From assembly GCA_050613775.1 (NCBI GenBank), contig JBODTK010000001.1, positions 1,550,001 to 1,614,000 of the forward strand: DNA of 64,000 nt. The letters run 5' to 3'. The stretch comes from Neocallimastix sp. 'constans' (Eukaryota). The position numbers and the translations under genes were made by a program. Positions 1-16,168 of this stretch are shown here, piece after piece (position 1 is the first letter of the stretch; the number at the start of each line of letters is the position of its first letter). The notes below the pieces were generated by a model, which was not told the DNA's origin, made no database searches, and was given only the letters and a program-made list of their open reading frames with translations.

Positions 1-1348
1 CTATTTTTTATTATTTATTATTTAACTAATTGATATCTTTCATATAATAATAATTATTCATTTTTATAAACCTTTCATCTTAAATTTTATTTTATTGTTC
101 ATTATTTCACTTTCATTTTAGTTTATTATTTGATTTTAATTTTTTTTTTTAAATTCAAAAAATTAATTAAAAATTTTAATTTAATACTACTATTTAATGG
201 ATAATATATTATTTTCATTTATTAATTATATTGTAATATACTGTTTAATTGATTATTTATATATTACATATATATTATTTAATTTATTTATTTTTTATTT
301 TAATTAGGAAAACTTTAATTTTAATTATTTCTAAAAAATTTTTTTAATTAAAAAAATTTAATTATCTTGAAATTAAATTACATTGGAAAGTAATACTATT
401 CATAATATATTATTAAATTTGTTTTATTATATTATACTATTTACTATTTTATATATTATAATATATACTACATTTTAATCTTTTTCTTTTAAAAAATTTA
501 AAATTTTCTTTGGTTATAAAAAGAAAATTTAAAAGAAAAAGATTTAATATAAAATAAAAATTAAAAATTAAAAATTAAAAATTAAAAATAAAAATAATGT
601 AAAACTGGTTTGAAATATAAAAAAAGTATTGATATATAAATAAATATAAATATTTTTTATTTATTTATATGTATAATATTAATGAAAAAGAATTAAAGCT
701 CTATTTATAATATAATTAATTAAATAATAAATAAATAAAAAAAATAATGTATATAAATATTTAAAAAAAAAAAGAAAAAAAAAAGCTTGATTAATCTTAA
801 AAAGATTTATTTTTACATTTATAAAAAGGTTTGTTAAAAAAAATTAATGAATGAATATTAATTAATAATAAATAATAAAGATTATATATTAAATAATGAT
901 TTTAGTAAATAATAGATGATATATAATTAAAAGAAAAAATATTAACAAATAATTGATTTATATATATAAATTCATAATTATAAATAATTATATAATATTG
1001 GCAACTTTTTTTTTTTTTTGTTTTTTATATACAATTTGGATTTTTTTTATATACTATACAAAAACAAAAAATAAAAATAGCTTATTAATATATAATATTC
1101 ATATGTTTTAATTATATAATAATTTAATTAATAATTGATTCAATACTTAAAAAAGTATTATTAAATAATTTAAAGGTAAACTTTGTGATTTTAATTAGTG
1201 TGTTATAGGTTTTTTAGGATGATTAATTTTTATGTAATTTACTTTTTATTGGTTTTGTTATGTATCTTTTTCTCTTTTGTTATTGTTTTTTAAATTATAT
1301 AAAAAATATTGAAAAGAAATATCAGAAAAAAACAAAAAAAGTAATTTT

Positions 1349-1419
<71 letters not shown>

Positions 1420-2244
1420 CAAATTCAAAAAATGCCAAAGTGTAAATGCTCTTACGTCATATTTTAATAATTATTTATACAATTATATACACCTATAGAT
1501 ATACCTATGTAACATTTATAGCAATTTTTATATTATGTTATAATATAGAAATATTACATTTTTTTTATGGGACAAAGTCGGAGTATAAAAATCTATCCAT
1601 ATATATAGTTTTTTTTTTTTTTTTTTTTTTTCCTATCATTATAATAATTAATATATACAAAATAAAAAAAATTTTTTTTTTCCTAATTTACTAATAAAAT
1701 GAATAAAAGATATTGGTCAATAAATGTCGTACTGAATATTGAATTATGAGATAAAGTAATTACAAAAAAAAAAAAAAAAAAAAAGCAAATTAAATTATAC
1801 AATTAAACGAATATTGTAATTAAAAATAAAAAAAAAATAAAATAAATGATTATAAATATAAACATGCAATTTAAAATTAAATATTTAAATAAATTAATAT
1901 AAAAAAAAGTTAAGATTATTAGATTATATTATATGATTATAATTTAAGCTTTTTTTCAATATTAAATATATAAATATAATATAGGACCATTCTTTCATAA
2001 TAAAAAATTTTTTTTATTTTTATTTTTTTTATTAAAATAAAATAAAATAATAATAATAATAATTATAATAAAATAAATATATAAATTAAAGCTAAAATAA
2101 TTATAATAATTATTAATTATCAAATTAAATAATACTAATAATCTTTTGTAAATATAAATATCATTTAAATTAATTTATATATAATTAAAATTTAATTATA
2201 AATAATTATTAAATAATATTTTATTAATAAAATAGTTTCATTTC

Positions 2245-2285
<41 letters not shown>

Positions 2286-4779
2286 GCTCATTACAACATA
2301 AGCATTTTAATATATTTACATTTTCAAAATATTAATTATAATAATATTTAATAATAAAAATAATTTCAAAATAATTAAAAATATAATATTCTAATATGTC
2401 TTTATATTATTGTTAAATGGTCAAATGTGATGTGATTAATTATGTTAACTTTATTATATGAATATTATAATATAAAGAGTACCAAGAGTAATAATACTCT
2501 AGATTACATGTATTTATATATATCATATGTGGCTTATATATTATGGATATTAATGTAATGTACATTAATAATGTATACATGGAATATTCACATATTCTAA
2601 CAATTATAAAACAATTAAAAAAAAATTTTTTTTCTTTTTTCTTTACAGTAGCTAAAAATATATTAAAAAAAAAAAAAAAAAAAAAAGTTAAATATTATTA
2701 ATGGAATACAATCATATGGAGCACTATAATACAATATTATTACAAAATTTTTAAAATCTATAGAATTAATATAATATTTGCTGTAACAAAATTAAAAAAT
2801 AATAATATAAATATTTTATAATAGTATAATAGAAAATATAATAAATAATGATATAGAAATTAGAATAAATATTATTAATAAATATCATAATTCATTGATA
2901 ATATAGAAAATGGAATAAGTATTCATAATAAGTAATATACTTCATTAATGAAGTAGAAATTGGGATAAACATGATTAATAAAATATTATAATTCATTAAT
3001 AATTTAGAAAGTGAAATTAATATTCATAATAACTTATTTTCTAAGTTATTACAAACCTTCATTATAAATCTATTATCGTTTCTATTTTAATATAAAAATA
3101 GGTTTATCACCATTTTTCTCTTCTCCTTTAATTATTGTATTAATGAAACTAAAATAAATATATATATTCAAGTAGTCTCTCATATTATGTAATATATCTT
3201 ACTAAATTATTAAAAACTTATGTATATAAATATCATCCAATTTTTTCATGAGAATAAGATGAATCGATTTATTTATGCTTGAACTACACCGGGAATTCAT
3301 GAACTTGAATGTATGACATGAAAATCATTATCTTTTAATTCAAATAAATTATGGGATAAAAATATAAATTGAAATAAATATATGTATAAATATGTATATA
3401 TTAAAAATACCAAAATGATCATGTTATAAATATTTTTTATTATTATAAATGTGGATATTTATAAACAAAAACATTATTATAAAAAATATATATTCTTAAA
3501 GATCATATTGGTTAAAAAATAGAATGAAAATAGAAGAGGGAAGAAATAAAATAATAATAATAATAATAGTAACTAAATAAATAAATCAAATATAAATACA
3601 ATACAATAGTTTATATATTTATAATCTGAACCCTAATAAGCCAATAAGAGTTAAGTTATTTTATTAAAATAGATGAAAATATATATATATATATATATAT
3701 ATATTTCAATATACTATTCAAAACGTGTCTCAGTATTCATATATTGTTTTAATGTCTCAATTTTTTAATTAAAAATAAAATTAAATAAAATTTTCCATTT
3801 TAATTTTACAAAAAATCTTGATAGTTCAGATGATAATTAATTATTATACACTTTAAGCACAACAATAAATAAATTATTCAAGTATTAATTTATTTAATCT
3901 AAACTATTTAAATTTACTATCTAAACCTTAGAAATGCTATGAATAACAAAGTTGTAAGAAAGAGAACTAAATATTGTGCTACTTTATCTTTTATACTTTA
4001 AATAGTTATATGACTGGAATAAATATAATAATAAAAGTTATTAGAATTATTATAATTTTTTTTTTTTTTTTTGGATAAATAATCTCGTATTAGAAATAGT
4101 TATAAATAAATTATAAAATGATTAATAGTAGTTATAATACGTTATAAAGGAGTTAAATTCAATATATTTAAATAATTTATTACGATGACTCTTAATATTA
4201 TTACAATATTTGCTCTATTGTTAATTCTACTAATCACTAATATGGTATTTTTATGTTTCGATAAATCACAAATTAACAATATTAATTTAATGTTGTTTAC
4301 ATTTATCATAGTCCACATAGGAATAATACAAAAAGGGAATCGTTTAAAAAAAGTTTTTTTTATTTATTTATTTATTTTTTTTTTTAAAAAAAAAATATTA
4401 TAATAAAATTAATAATTAATACAAGTAATAATAATTATTGGAATTTTCAATGGATTTTATAAATTTAGTAAATTTAGTTAGTATTTGATAAACAATAAAT
4501 TATTAATTTTGGAATGTATAATTAAAAATATAAAGAAATAAAAGTTACTTTAAAATTAATAACCGAGATTGGATTCAAATAAGCAAATAAAAATAAAAAT
4601 AATAAAAATAAAAAAAAAGTAAAAAAGAAATATATATATATATAAATATACTTTATAAAATTATACTTAATAATAAAATATATATAATTAATGAGGCGAT
4701 AAAAAAAAAAGGAATATCTATAATATATATCAATTTTAAATGTAATAATACTTTATTTTTTTTTTATTTTATTTTATTT

Positions 4780-4821
<42 letters not shown>

Positions 4822-4909
4822 TTATTATTAATGTTTATTGATTGTTTATGTTATCTTAAATAAATAAATTATATAAATATATATATATATATATTTCTTT
4901 TTTCTTTTT

Positions 4910-4954
<45 letters not shown>

Positions 4955-5455
4955 TTTTTTTCTTTTATTTTATTTTATTTTTTTTGAATAATATATTATT
5001 ATAAATAAAAAACTACAAAGGTATATAAAATATAAAATATAAATTTAATGATTAAAAAAATAATAATACTAAAAATATTATATATTTATATTAAAAATAG
5101 AGATGTTTATATATATATATATATTATGATTATGATAAATTTCTGAAGTGAATAGGAAAAAAAAAAAAAAAGATGTTAAAAATAAAAATGAAAATGAGAA
5201 TGAAATAATATAATAAAAATAAAAATAAAATAAAATAAAATAAAAAAAAAAAAAAAAAAAAAAATGAAAATGAAATAAAATAAAATACAAATAAAAATAA
5301 AAAATTTATTATTTTATTATTATTATTATTATTATTATTTATTTTTTTTATTTTATTTTATTTTATTTATTTTTTTTTATTATAATTATTTTTTATTTAT
5401 TTATTTATTTAACTTGCATTTTATTTTATTTTATTTTATTTGATTTTAATTCAAT

Positions 5456-5775
5456 CTACAAAAAGTCACGTTTCTTAGTGGTATTCATGTAAGGTCTGTA
5501 GGTCCATTCTACATCTGCTTCTGTAATATCAGCTGTACCCAATTTAATTTCATATAATTTCATTTCAAATCTTGGTCCTACTTCAGCAAGTTGTATATCT
5601 TGACCAATCTTATAATATACATGATGACTAATTTTTTTTTTTTTTGATTGTATATTTATGTCAATAAATATATATATATGATAATATTATAAATAATAAA
5701 TTTTAAATATAAATATTTAAATTAAAATAATAAAATTTATTAATAATAATTAGTTATTAAGAAGATCAAAAATAG

Positions 5776-5816
<41 letters not shown>

Positions 5817-6566
5817 GAATAAAAATCTAATTCTATTTAATAAATATATTTATTTTTATTTATATATATATATTACCGGAAAGATATATAATCACTATCA
5901 TTAGCAAAAGTAATCACACGTTTACTATCATCCTTCGGTACTGGGAATAAATATTTTAATATATTACTAACCTAATTTATATATATATATATAAATTCAA
6001 TTATTAATATATATAATACTATTTAATTCATTGATTTTAGATTATAAATATATATATATATTTATATATTTAGAAGAATGTTAAAATATATATATATATA
6101 AAATAAAATAAGATAAAAATTAAAACTTACTCTTGTACCCAATTTAGTTGTAAAATTATTAAAGATTAAATGTGGATAAGCTTCTGAAACTGTACCTCTA
6201 TCGGGGATATCATGTCTTAATACAACATTATTTAAGGTAAAGTATGCCGTTGGACCATATGGGAAATGAGAAACAATCATACCATCTTATTTGATTATAA
6301 TTAACAATATCATTATTTTTTATGGTTATAATTATGATTATGATTATGATTATTTCACAATTTCATGTTTGATAAATTTTTTTTTAAAAAAAAATTATTA
6401 AATAAAAATAATAATAATAAATAATAATAAATATATATATATATTATATATTATATATTTGGATAGGTTATATATATTGAATTAATATATTTTATAATTA
6501 CAAAAAAAAAAATATATATATATATATTGTGTATAAATTATATATTTTAATATTATAATTATTTAT

Positions 6567-6597
<31 letters not shown>

Positions 6598-8167
6598 ATC
6601 TTTTATTTTATATTATTTTACCTGGTTGACCTCTATGTTCATGTAATATAATTAAATCGGTAACTTCATTAGATTTACAGGCATTAACGACATCCTTAAT
6701 AACGTAATTACCTCTATTAATTCTTTGTGAATTTGGGAAAATAAGTTTCATTTCTTTAGCAAATTGTTGTAAACGACTACTTGGATCTCTAGATGTTGTA
6801 ATTAATACTTTTGGATCATGAACACCAGCTTGAGCATATTCATCATCAATATGGGTTTGCATATCTTTATTTATTAATTTTTTTTTTAAAAGAAAGGAAA
6901 AGGAAAAATAACATAATTACAACAAAAAAATATATATATGACAATTATAATAATTTGAAGATTTAATTTTTTTTAAAATTTGGATTTCATTTAATTTGAA
7001 GTAATCGTTGAAAATTTACATAATTAAATATATATAATTTTATTTTAACAATTAATAATTATATTAATAATAATAATAATTATTATATTTATTAATTTTT
7101 TTTTTTTTTTTTTCATTTATTTATTCATATATTAATTAATTTTTTATAAAATATTATATTATTAAATTTTTTTTTTTTTTTTTTTTTACCTTCTTGGTGT
7201 TCATCGAATAATAAATCATTCTTTAAAGTTTCAGATTCATTTCTTAATTCAGTTGGAATTTGTTTTCCCTCTATCAAAATAAAATAAAATAAAATGATTA
7301 TTATATAAATGTTAAATTATATATTAATTTTTAAAATAATGCATTTTGAATTTCAATTATTAGTATATATATATTTTTTCTTGGTGAAAATTATAATTTC
7401 ACGTTTTTTTTTTTTTTTTAATTTTTATTTGATATTTAATAAAACTTCCTTATTTATTATTATTATTATTATTTATTTATTTATTATAATTTTTTCATAA
7501 AAATGTAAAAATTAAATTATTGAAATCAGTAATTAAAGTATATATTAATGAAATTTTTTAAAAATTTTAATTTGCATTTATACATAAAGTGTTTTCATTC
7601 TGTATTAAAAGAATAAAATAGTTTATGTTTAAATTAAATTCCAGATTTGTTTTTTGGTTTTTTGGTTTTTTTTTTTTTTTTAATGATTAATTTCATTTAT
7701 ATATAATATAAAGTTTTATATTTTATTAGAATTATATTAAAAAAAAAAAAAGTAAAAAGATTTTTCTTCAACTTTCAATGTTATTGTATATATGTATATA
7801 TATGAAATATTAAATCCTGTGAAGTTTTTTTTTTGTTTTAAATTTTCAAATTTTTAATATTGACTACCGAAATGATAATGTGTTTTTTCTTTTTAAATTT
7901 GAATTTCAATTATAAGTTTCAGAAGAATTTTTCATTTATTATTCATTAAATTGTTTCTTTCGATAAAGCAATAGTATGTTATCAAATTTGTAATAAATAC
8001 TATGAAAATTTTGTAAAACCAAAAAAAAAAAGATATATATATATATAAAACTAACCAGCTAAAGCATTTTTTAATGCTTGCTTTCTTTCAAAAATTTGAC
8101 GATCTTTGGCTTCTAAAGCCTTTCTGTAAATATATTCTTTACGAAGTCTAGTATTTCTACGAATCAT
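5456..8167 (-). CDS. IMP4: U3 snoRNP protein IMP4 (Brix family), about 6 exons
   Basis: Manual splicing gives [21 protein letters not shown] (exon 8056-8167), [12 protein letters not shown] (7190-7270), [26 protein letters not shown]...HEHRG (~6622-6864), [11 protein letters not shown] (~6131-6284), a ~5877-5971 exon and EVGPRFEM...[13 protein letters not shown] (TAG 5456-5458). Introns are GT-AG. Confidence 0.95.
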
Positions 8168-8175
8168 TTTTCTAT

Positions 8176-8222
<47 letters not shown>

Positions 8223-9975
8223 TTTTTTATAAATATATATATATTATAAATTTTATATTTTTTAAATGGTATAAAATATTTAGCAATTGAATAAAAAAAA
8301 TTAATAAAACTTAATCAACGTTTATTATATTTTCTTTTTTTTTTTTTTTGGAAAATTAAATAAAAAAAAAAAAATTTAAAAAAACTTTCAATTAACCAAT
8401 CATCAAAAAGATTTTGTATAATTGATTGATTTATATCATATATTACAATATATTTAATAATATATTTGAAATTTTTAAAAAAAAAATTAAAAAAGTAGTA
8501 TAAGATATTAGCAACATAGCTTTTTTGAACATTAATAATAATAATATAAGCATATATTGCTAATATATGTATATTTATGCTATGATTATGCTAAAACTAT
8601 GAATATATATTTTATTTATTTTTTTATTTTATTTTTATTTTATTTTTTTATTTTTATTTTTTGATGAAAATGGTATAGTTTTTAGCATAGTTTTTTATTA
8701 TTTTTTCGTTATTTCTAAAAAAAAGGAAAAGTATGAATTTTTATATATAATAGATAAATTTTATTTATCTATTATTTATTTATTTATCTATTTATTTATT
8801 TATTTATTTATCTATTTATTTATTTATCTATCTATCTATTTATTTATCTATTTATTTATCTATTTATTAATTTATTTATTTGTGTATTTATTTATGTATT
8901 TATGTATTTATTTATGTATTTATGTACTTATTTATTTATAAATACATATATGTCGAAATGTTTTTATTTTTTTATTATATTCTTTTTTCACAGTATAAAA
9001 ATGATGAATGTGAAGAAAAAGGAAACAAAGATGATTTTTTTAATTTTATTTCCAAAATAAAAACAATTAAAAAAAAATTGAATAAATAAAAATAAAAGTA
9101 ATAATAAAATAAAAAAAAAAAAAAAGAAAAAAGAACCTTTATTACAAAATGACAAATGAATCATAAATATGAAGCACAAAAAAAGAATATAAACCATAGT
9201 AATGATAACATTTATAGACTATTATTTTATTTGTAAATTGAAAAATAGATATAAAAAAAAAAAATCTTGCAAATACTAGTTAAATTAACAGCTGTATTAA
9301 TCTAGGAAATAGTTATTGGCATATATCTTCAAAAATTTCTGAATTATATCTCATAAATATAATCATTTAAATTATTATTATTATTATTATAAATACTTTT
9401 TTTTTAATTATTATAAATACAATTGTTTTGGTTATATTAATAATTAATAATACTAATACTAATACTAATACTAAATACTAATAATTAGTACTAATAATAT
9501 TAGTATTACATAACAAATATATATCATTTTTTTATTTAACATATAAAAAAAAAATAAATTTTTTTTTAATATATAATTTTAATTATATCAAAATAAATTA
9601 ATTAAATGTTTAAATGTATTGGATAAAATTAAAACGAAATTAAGAAATTTATTATAAAGTAAAATTTTTTATTTTGTTTAAATTTTTATGGATGTTCTTT
9701 TATATTATTATTAATATTATTATTATTATTATTATTAAGTTTCGGTCTTAATGTTAAGAAAAAAAAATAATAATAATTAATTTTTTTTTACTGTCTTAAA
9801 TGTGAGAAAAAAGCAATAAATCTAATCATAAAATATTATCTAATAAAATAGAATAAAAAAAAATATTATTATAAAAAAAAATAAAAATATATATATATTT
9901 CATTTAATTATTAAACTAATAAATTATTTATTTATATTAATTATTAAATATTAAATTATAATATATTTTATAATA

Positions 9976-10023
<48 letters not shown>

Positions 10024-10448
10024 TACATCATTTTAATAATTTTTATAATATTGTAATTAATATTAAAATACTTTATATAATTTATACAAATTTTTAAAAA
10101 TACAGTCAAAATATATTGATTGACCTTTTAAAAATAATTAATTATCTAATACAAAAAAAAAAAAAAAAATAAAAATGAAAAATAAAACATAAATAAAAAA
10201 CAAAAGTTTAAATATTATTATTTTAGTATTTTAGATAAAGGACAAATTAAAACTATTCTAAATAATTTTTAAATAATTATACATAAAATAAAATTTTATT
10301 TATTGAAACAACAAAATTTGAACAAATATTTTTTTAATTAATTAATATTTATAGTTTCTTTTATTTTATTATACTTTTTAATTATTATAGATAATTATAT
10401 AATTATTATATAATTATATAATTAACATAAAATATTAATATTTATCTT

Positions 10449-10491
<43 letters not shown>

Positions 10492-10736
10492 CTTTAATTT
10501 AATTAACTTTTTTTTATTTTATTTTTTTTTTTTTTTACTTTTTTTTTCAAAAAAATATATTTTTTTATTATTTCAAATTCATAATATTTTAAATAGATAT
10601 ATAGAATAGATATTTAATAAATAACAATAGTAGTATTAATATAGATTATATATTTAATTAATAATTTCATAATCTCATTTTAAGTGCATAAAAACATAAG
10701 AAAATATATCATTTATATATTTATATATAAAATATA

Positions 10737-10770
<34 letters not shown>

Positions 10771-11011
10771 TTATATTTACCATTCTTAAAAGATATATAG
10801 GATAGGTGTTTTGTAAAAAATACTAGAATTAATATTTGGTATATATTTAATTGATCAATTCATACTCATATTTAAATATATGGGAAAATATAATAATAAT
10901 ATTCACACAAAAATACTTGTATTATATAACAAATACAATAAAATAAATTAAATAAATATATAAAATATAATATAATAAATAAATAGGTAAATAAATAAAT
11001 AATAGTATAAT

Positions 11012-12843
11012 ATGAAAATAAAATACTTGACATGGATTACTTTATTCTGTTTATTTATTAGTATTGAAAGAGAAAGTGTGGTATCAGCCTCCAGATTTAA
11101 AAGAAATCCTATTGTAGAAGTGGAATCAACCAGTAATGATAATTATAATTTTGATGAAAGCAATTATGTAGTATATGATATGGGAGGAAATGTGAATAAT
11201 ATTCCATTTTATGATTCCACATCAGATAAGGAAATTCAAAATAAGGATGATAATATAAATAATACTCCTCAAACTGAAAAACAACAACAACAAAATAATA
11301 TCCACAATAAAATAATAACATATGATGACGATGATGATGAGTACTTAAAATCTATTAATCCAAATGAACTCTACAATATTGATACTATATATAATAATAC
11401 ATATAAAAATCCGATCTATTACCTCAATCGGGTCCATAAATTTATTAAGAGAAATAACGATCTTGATTATGATACTAATACTAATGCTGATAATAATGCG
11501 GATAATAATGAAGAAAATGCTAATGAAATTGATTTTTTCGAATTTGGTAGTCAATTAGATGGATTTTCACTATTTGTCTATGAAACATTAATTGATATGG
11601 CTTTTTCATCTACGAAAGGGGTTAAACTGTCATATTTTTACCAATATGGTGTAAATTATTTTGATACTATCACTGATAAGGAAATTGCACCTTTAATTTC
11701 TTCAGGTTATTCAGCATTGTATGTATTAAAATAATATATATATTATTCTTTATATATATATATATATATATATATAATTGAAAACGTTTCTATTAATATA
11801 AATATGAATATGTATTTTTTTTTTTACTTATATTTACTTTATATATATTATATATATACTATTATATATATATATATATTTACATTAAAAATCATTAAAT
11901 GTATTTAATGAATGATTATTTATTTTTTTTTATTTATTATATATATATATATATATATATTTATATTATATTTATATAATCTTTTTTTTTTTTTTTTTAT
12001 ATTAATTTATTTAATATATTAAATTTTTTTTTTTTTTTTTGGTATTTATTTCCAATAAGTACTTATGATTATCCCGAAGTTTGGTGGCATAAAAAAATAG
12101 GTTTTTCTGTATGTGTAAATACTAAAAATCAAGTTACAAAGGTTGCTTTCCAAATTGTTTCTGATCTAGATCCCTCTCAAATAACAGAAATGACCACAGA
12201 AATTGATTATGAAACTGATCGAATCATAAAAAGTGCCCCTCATACGACTGATTTTGAAAATTTAAAATATATTCATGATACATTAATTACTAACATTGAA
12301 TATAATATGACTGCTAACTATCGTTTTTCTATCTATGGTGCTCTTGTGGAACATCGTGCCGTATGTGAAGGTTATGGTGAATCATTTAAACTTTTAGCAC
12401 GTAAACTTGGTATTGACGTAATTTGTGTTCCAAGTGATGAACACCTATGGAATTTTGCAAGATTAGGAGATAAATGGTATGTAGTGGATGTTACCTTTGA
12501 TGATCCAGGAACCACCGATTCCAATGGTAAATTAGTATATGAATCTGGAAATGGAGATAATATTGACTACACCTATTTCTTGGTGGGTCAAGATTTCTTT
12601 AAAAAGCATCCCTATTCCATTGAATCACATACTATTAATAAAAGTTTAACACATATCTCAGGAGCCCGAGAATTTGAATTTCCGCAAATTACCGAAATTT
12701 CATATATTATCGATTACAGAAATCAATTTGGAACAAATTTAATAGCATCTGCTTTAATAGATGATGCAACAACACTTTATAATCCAATACGAAAAATAAT
12801 GATGTCTTTCATTATAGGACTAATATTATATTTAATTTTTTAA
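11012..12843 (+). CDS. Secreted transglutaminase-like (Cys-His-Asp) protein, 2 exons join(11012..11718,12060..12843), ~496 aa
   Basis: N-terminal signal-like hydrophobic segment. The GTATGT donor at 11719 and AG acceptor at 12058-12059 join in frame to give AFTYDYPEVWW. Catalytic-type motifs are AVCEGY, HLWN and WYVVDVTFDDP, and the C-terminus is hydrophobic. Confidence 0.85.
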
Positions 12844-12904
12844 TTCAATACGAAAAATAATGATATATTTCAATATAGAATTAATATTATATTTAATTTT
12901 TTAA
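12781..12904 (+). repeat. Diverged ~61-bp tandem duplication of the transglutaminase gene's last codons
   Basis: aatccaatacgaaaaataatgatgtctttcattataggactaatattatatttaattttttaa is followed directly by (aa)ttcaatacgaaaaataatgatatatttcaatatagaattaatattatatttaattttttaa. Confidence 0.85.
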
Positions 12905-13052
12905 ATTATATATATATATAAAAAAAAAACTATCACGTTTTATATATATATATACTAATATATTAATAATATATATTTTATAATATATAACATAAAAGGA
13001 TATAATATATTAAATATTTAGAATTTAGTATTGATTAGTAATTAATATGGTA

Positions 13053-13086
<34 letters not shown>

Positions 13087-13394
13087 AAAAAATAAAAACA
13101 AACTACTTCAATAGAGATAATGACTACCCAATTTTATTTTTGTTTATCTTTTTTTAAATCTATATAAAAAATTTAAAATATACATAATAAACAAACACAA
13201 TAAAGAAAAAATAATTTTTATTTTTATTAATTTATATAATTTTAAAGCTATAATCCTTTACTTTGTTTTAAATTTAGTTAAAATTTTTTTATTTAAATAT
13301 AATAATATATATTAAAATAGAAATAATTTTTCTTTTTTTTAAGGAGAAATTATTTCGAACTTTAAACTTTATTTATTTATTCATTTATTTATTA

Positions 13395-13396
<2 letters not shown>

Positions 13397-13430
<34 letters not shown>

Positions 13431-13922
13431 GTTGGAATATTGAGGTAGTCACAATACTTTCAATAGGCTGAAATATTTCTGCTGTACTGCCTTACTGAGT
13501 ATTCAGCATTAGGCGCTCTGACATCCATATTATTGTTGAGAATTTTCTGGTACGCTTTTTCTTTGAGGGCTTCTCCAGTTCCTAAATGAAAGAAATTATG
13601 GTCTTCTCCTTTAGAGAGCATTGGCCCTGCTAGCCTGTCTTATTAAATTTTCAGTATTGACGGTCCTGATTAGTTTGCACTTATACCGTCGGAATAGCAA
13701 ATCCTTGTCAAGTAATTACCCTAAGCATAATTTCTGTAAAGAGAGCTGTAGATCGTACCAATAACGGGCTTTTAGAATAATCACCGGATTTAATTTGGTT
13801 ATTAAACAAACATGGTATTCCTTTTTATAATTTAAATCTATAATGTCTACATCTCTTCCACCATGAAGAATGTTATATAATCTGTACCACGTCACATATA
13901 TATTCACACACTCATTATTCAT
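13397..13922 (-). mobile_element. 5'-truncated non-LTR (LINE-like) 3'-end fragment with poly(A) tail
   Basis: GC-richer island whose reverse complement aligns over ~330 bp with 47085-47430. It carries the shared 3' motif at 13488-13522, and the poly(T) at 13397-13425 is the tail. Confidence 0.65.
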
Positions 13923-14079
13923 TTGTTTTTTTTTTTTTTTTTACACGCTAATTATAATAAATTTCACCAATAGACAAATAAACTAATACTTTTTTTATTA
14001 ATTTTTTTTTTTTTTTTATTATAATAATAAATAATAAAACACTATTTTATTCTTATTTCCTTTTATTTTTGCTTAGCTA

Positions 14080-14114
<35 letters not shown>

Positions 14115-14715
14115 TTATCTTGTACTTAATTTTAAAATTAATTATACAGCCATAAATCCATACACCATAGCATTAATCGTGTTATCTATAATTACTAATT
14201 ACTTTTTAATCATTCATCTATTGAATCTCACTATTTTACAATATATAATCAACCATATAATTAATTTTTTTTTTCTACAAACTTTTTAACATAATTCCAA
14301 GTAAAATATATAATTTTGTATATACATTTTAATTTTAAATTTTAATTTTATTTATTTAATTTTATTTTTTTAATATCTTAGAAAAAAAAAATGTTTAATG
14401 TTTTAATATGATATATATATTTTTATATTCTTAACTATTTTTTTCCTTTTCTTTTCCCTATAACTTTCATTTTCTCTTTCAATTCCAATTTATTAGAACA
14501 TTTTAAGAAAAATTAAAAATTAAAAAGAAAAAAAAAAAAAAAAAAAGTATAAATTAACATTATTTAAATAATTTATTAATTATTTTATATTATTTTTTTT
14601 TTTTTCGTTTTTTGTTTTTATATATATTTTTTCTTTACATAAAGAAAATTAAAAATATTAAAATATAGGTTAAAATAATATTAAATAATATTAAAACCTA
14701 TTTCTATAATCAAAT

Positions 14716-16168
<1,453 letters not shown>

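Noticed and set aside
1446..9197. Short Phe/Ile/Tyr-rich ORFs (1446, 4185, 5078, 7309, 8880, 8988)
   Set aside because: They arise from homopolymers and simple repeats in intergenic or intronic DNA and show no coding signal.
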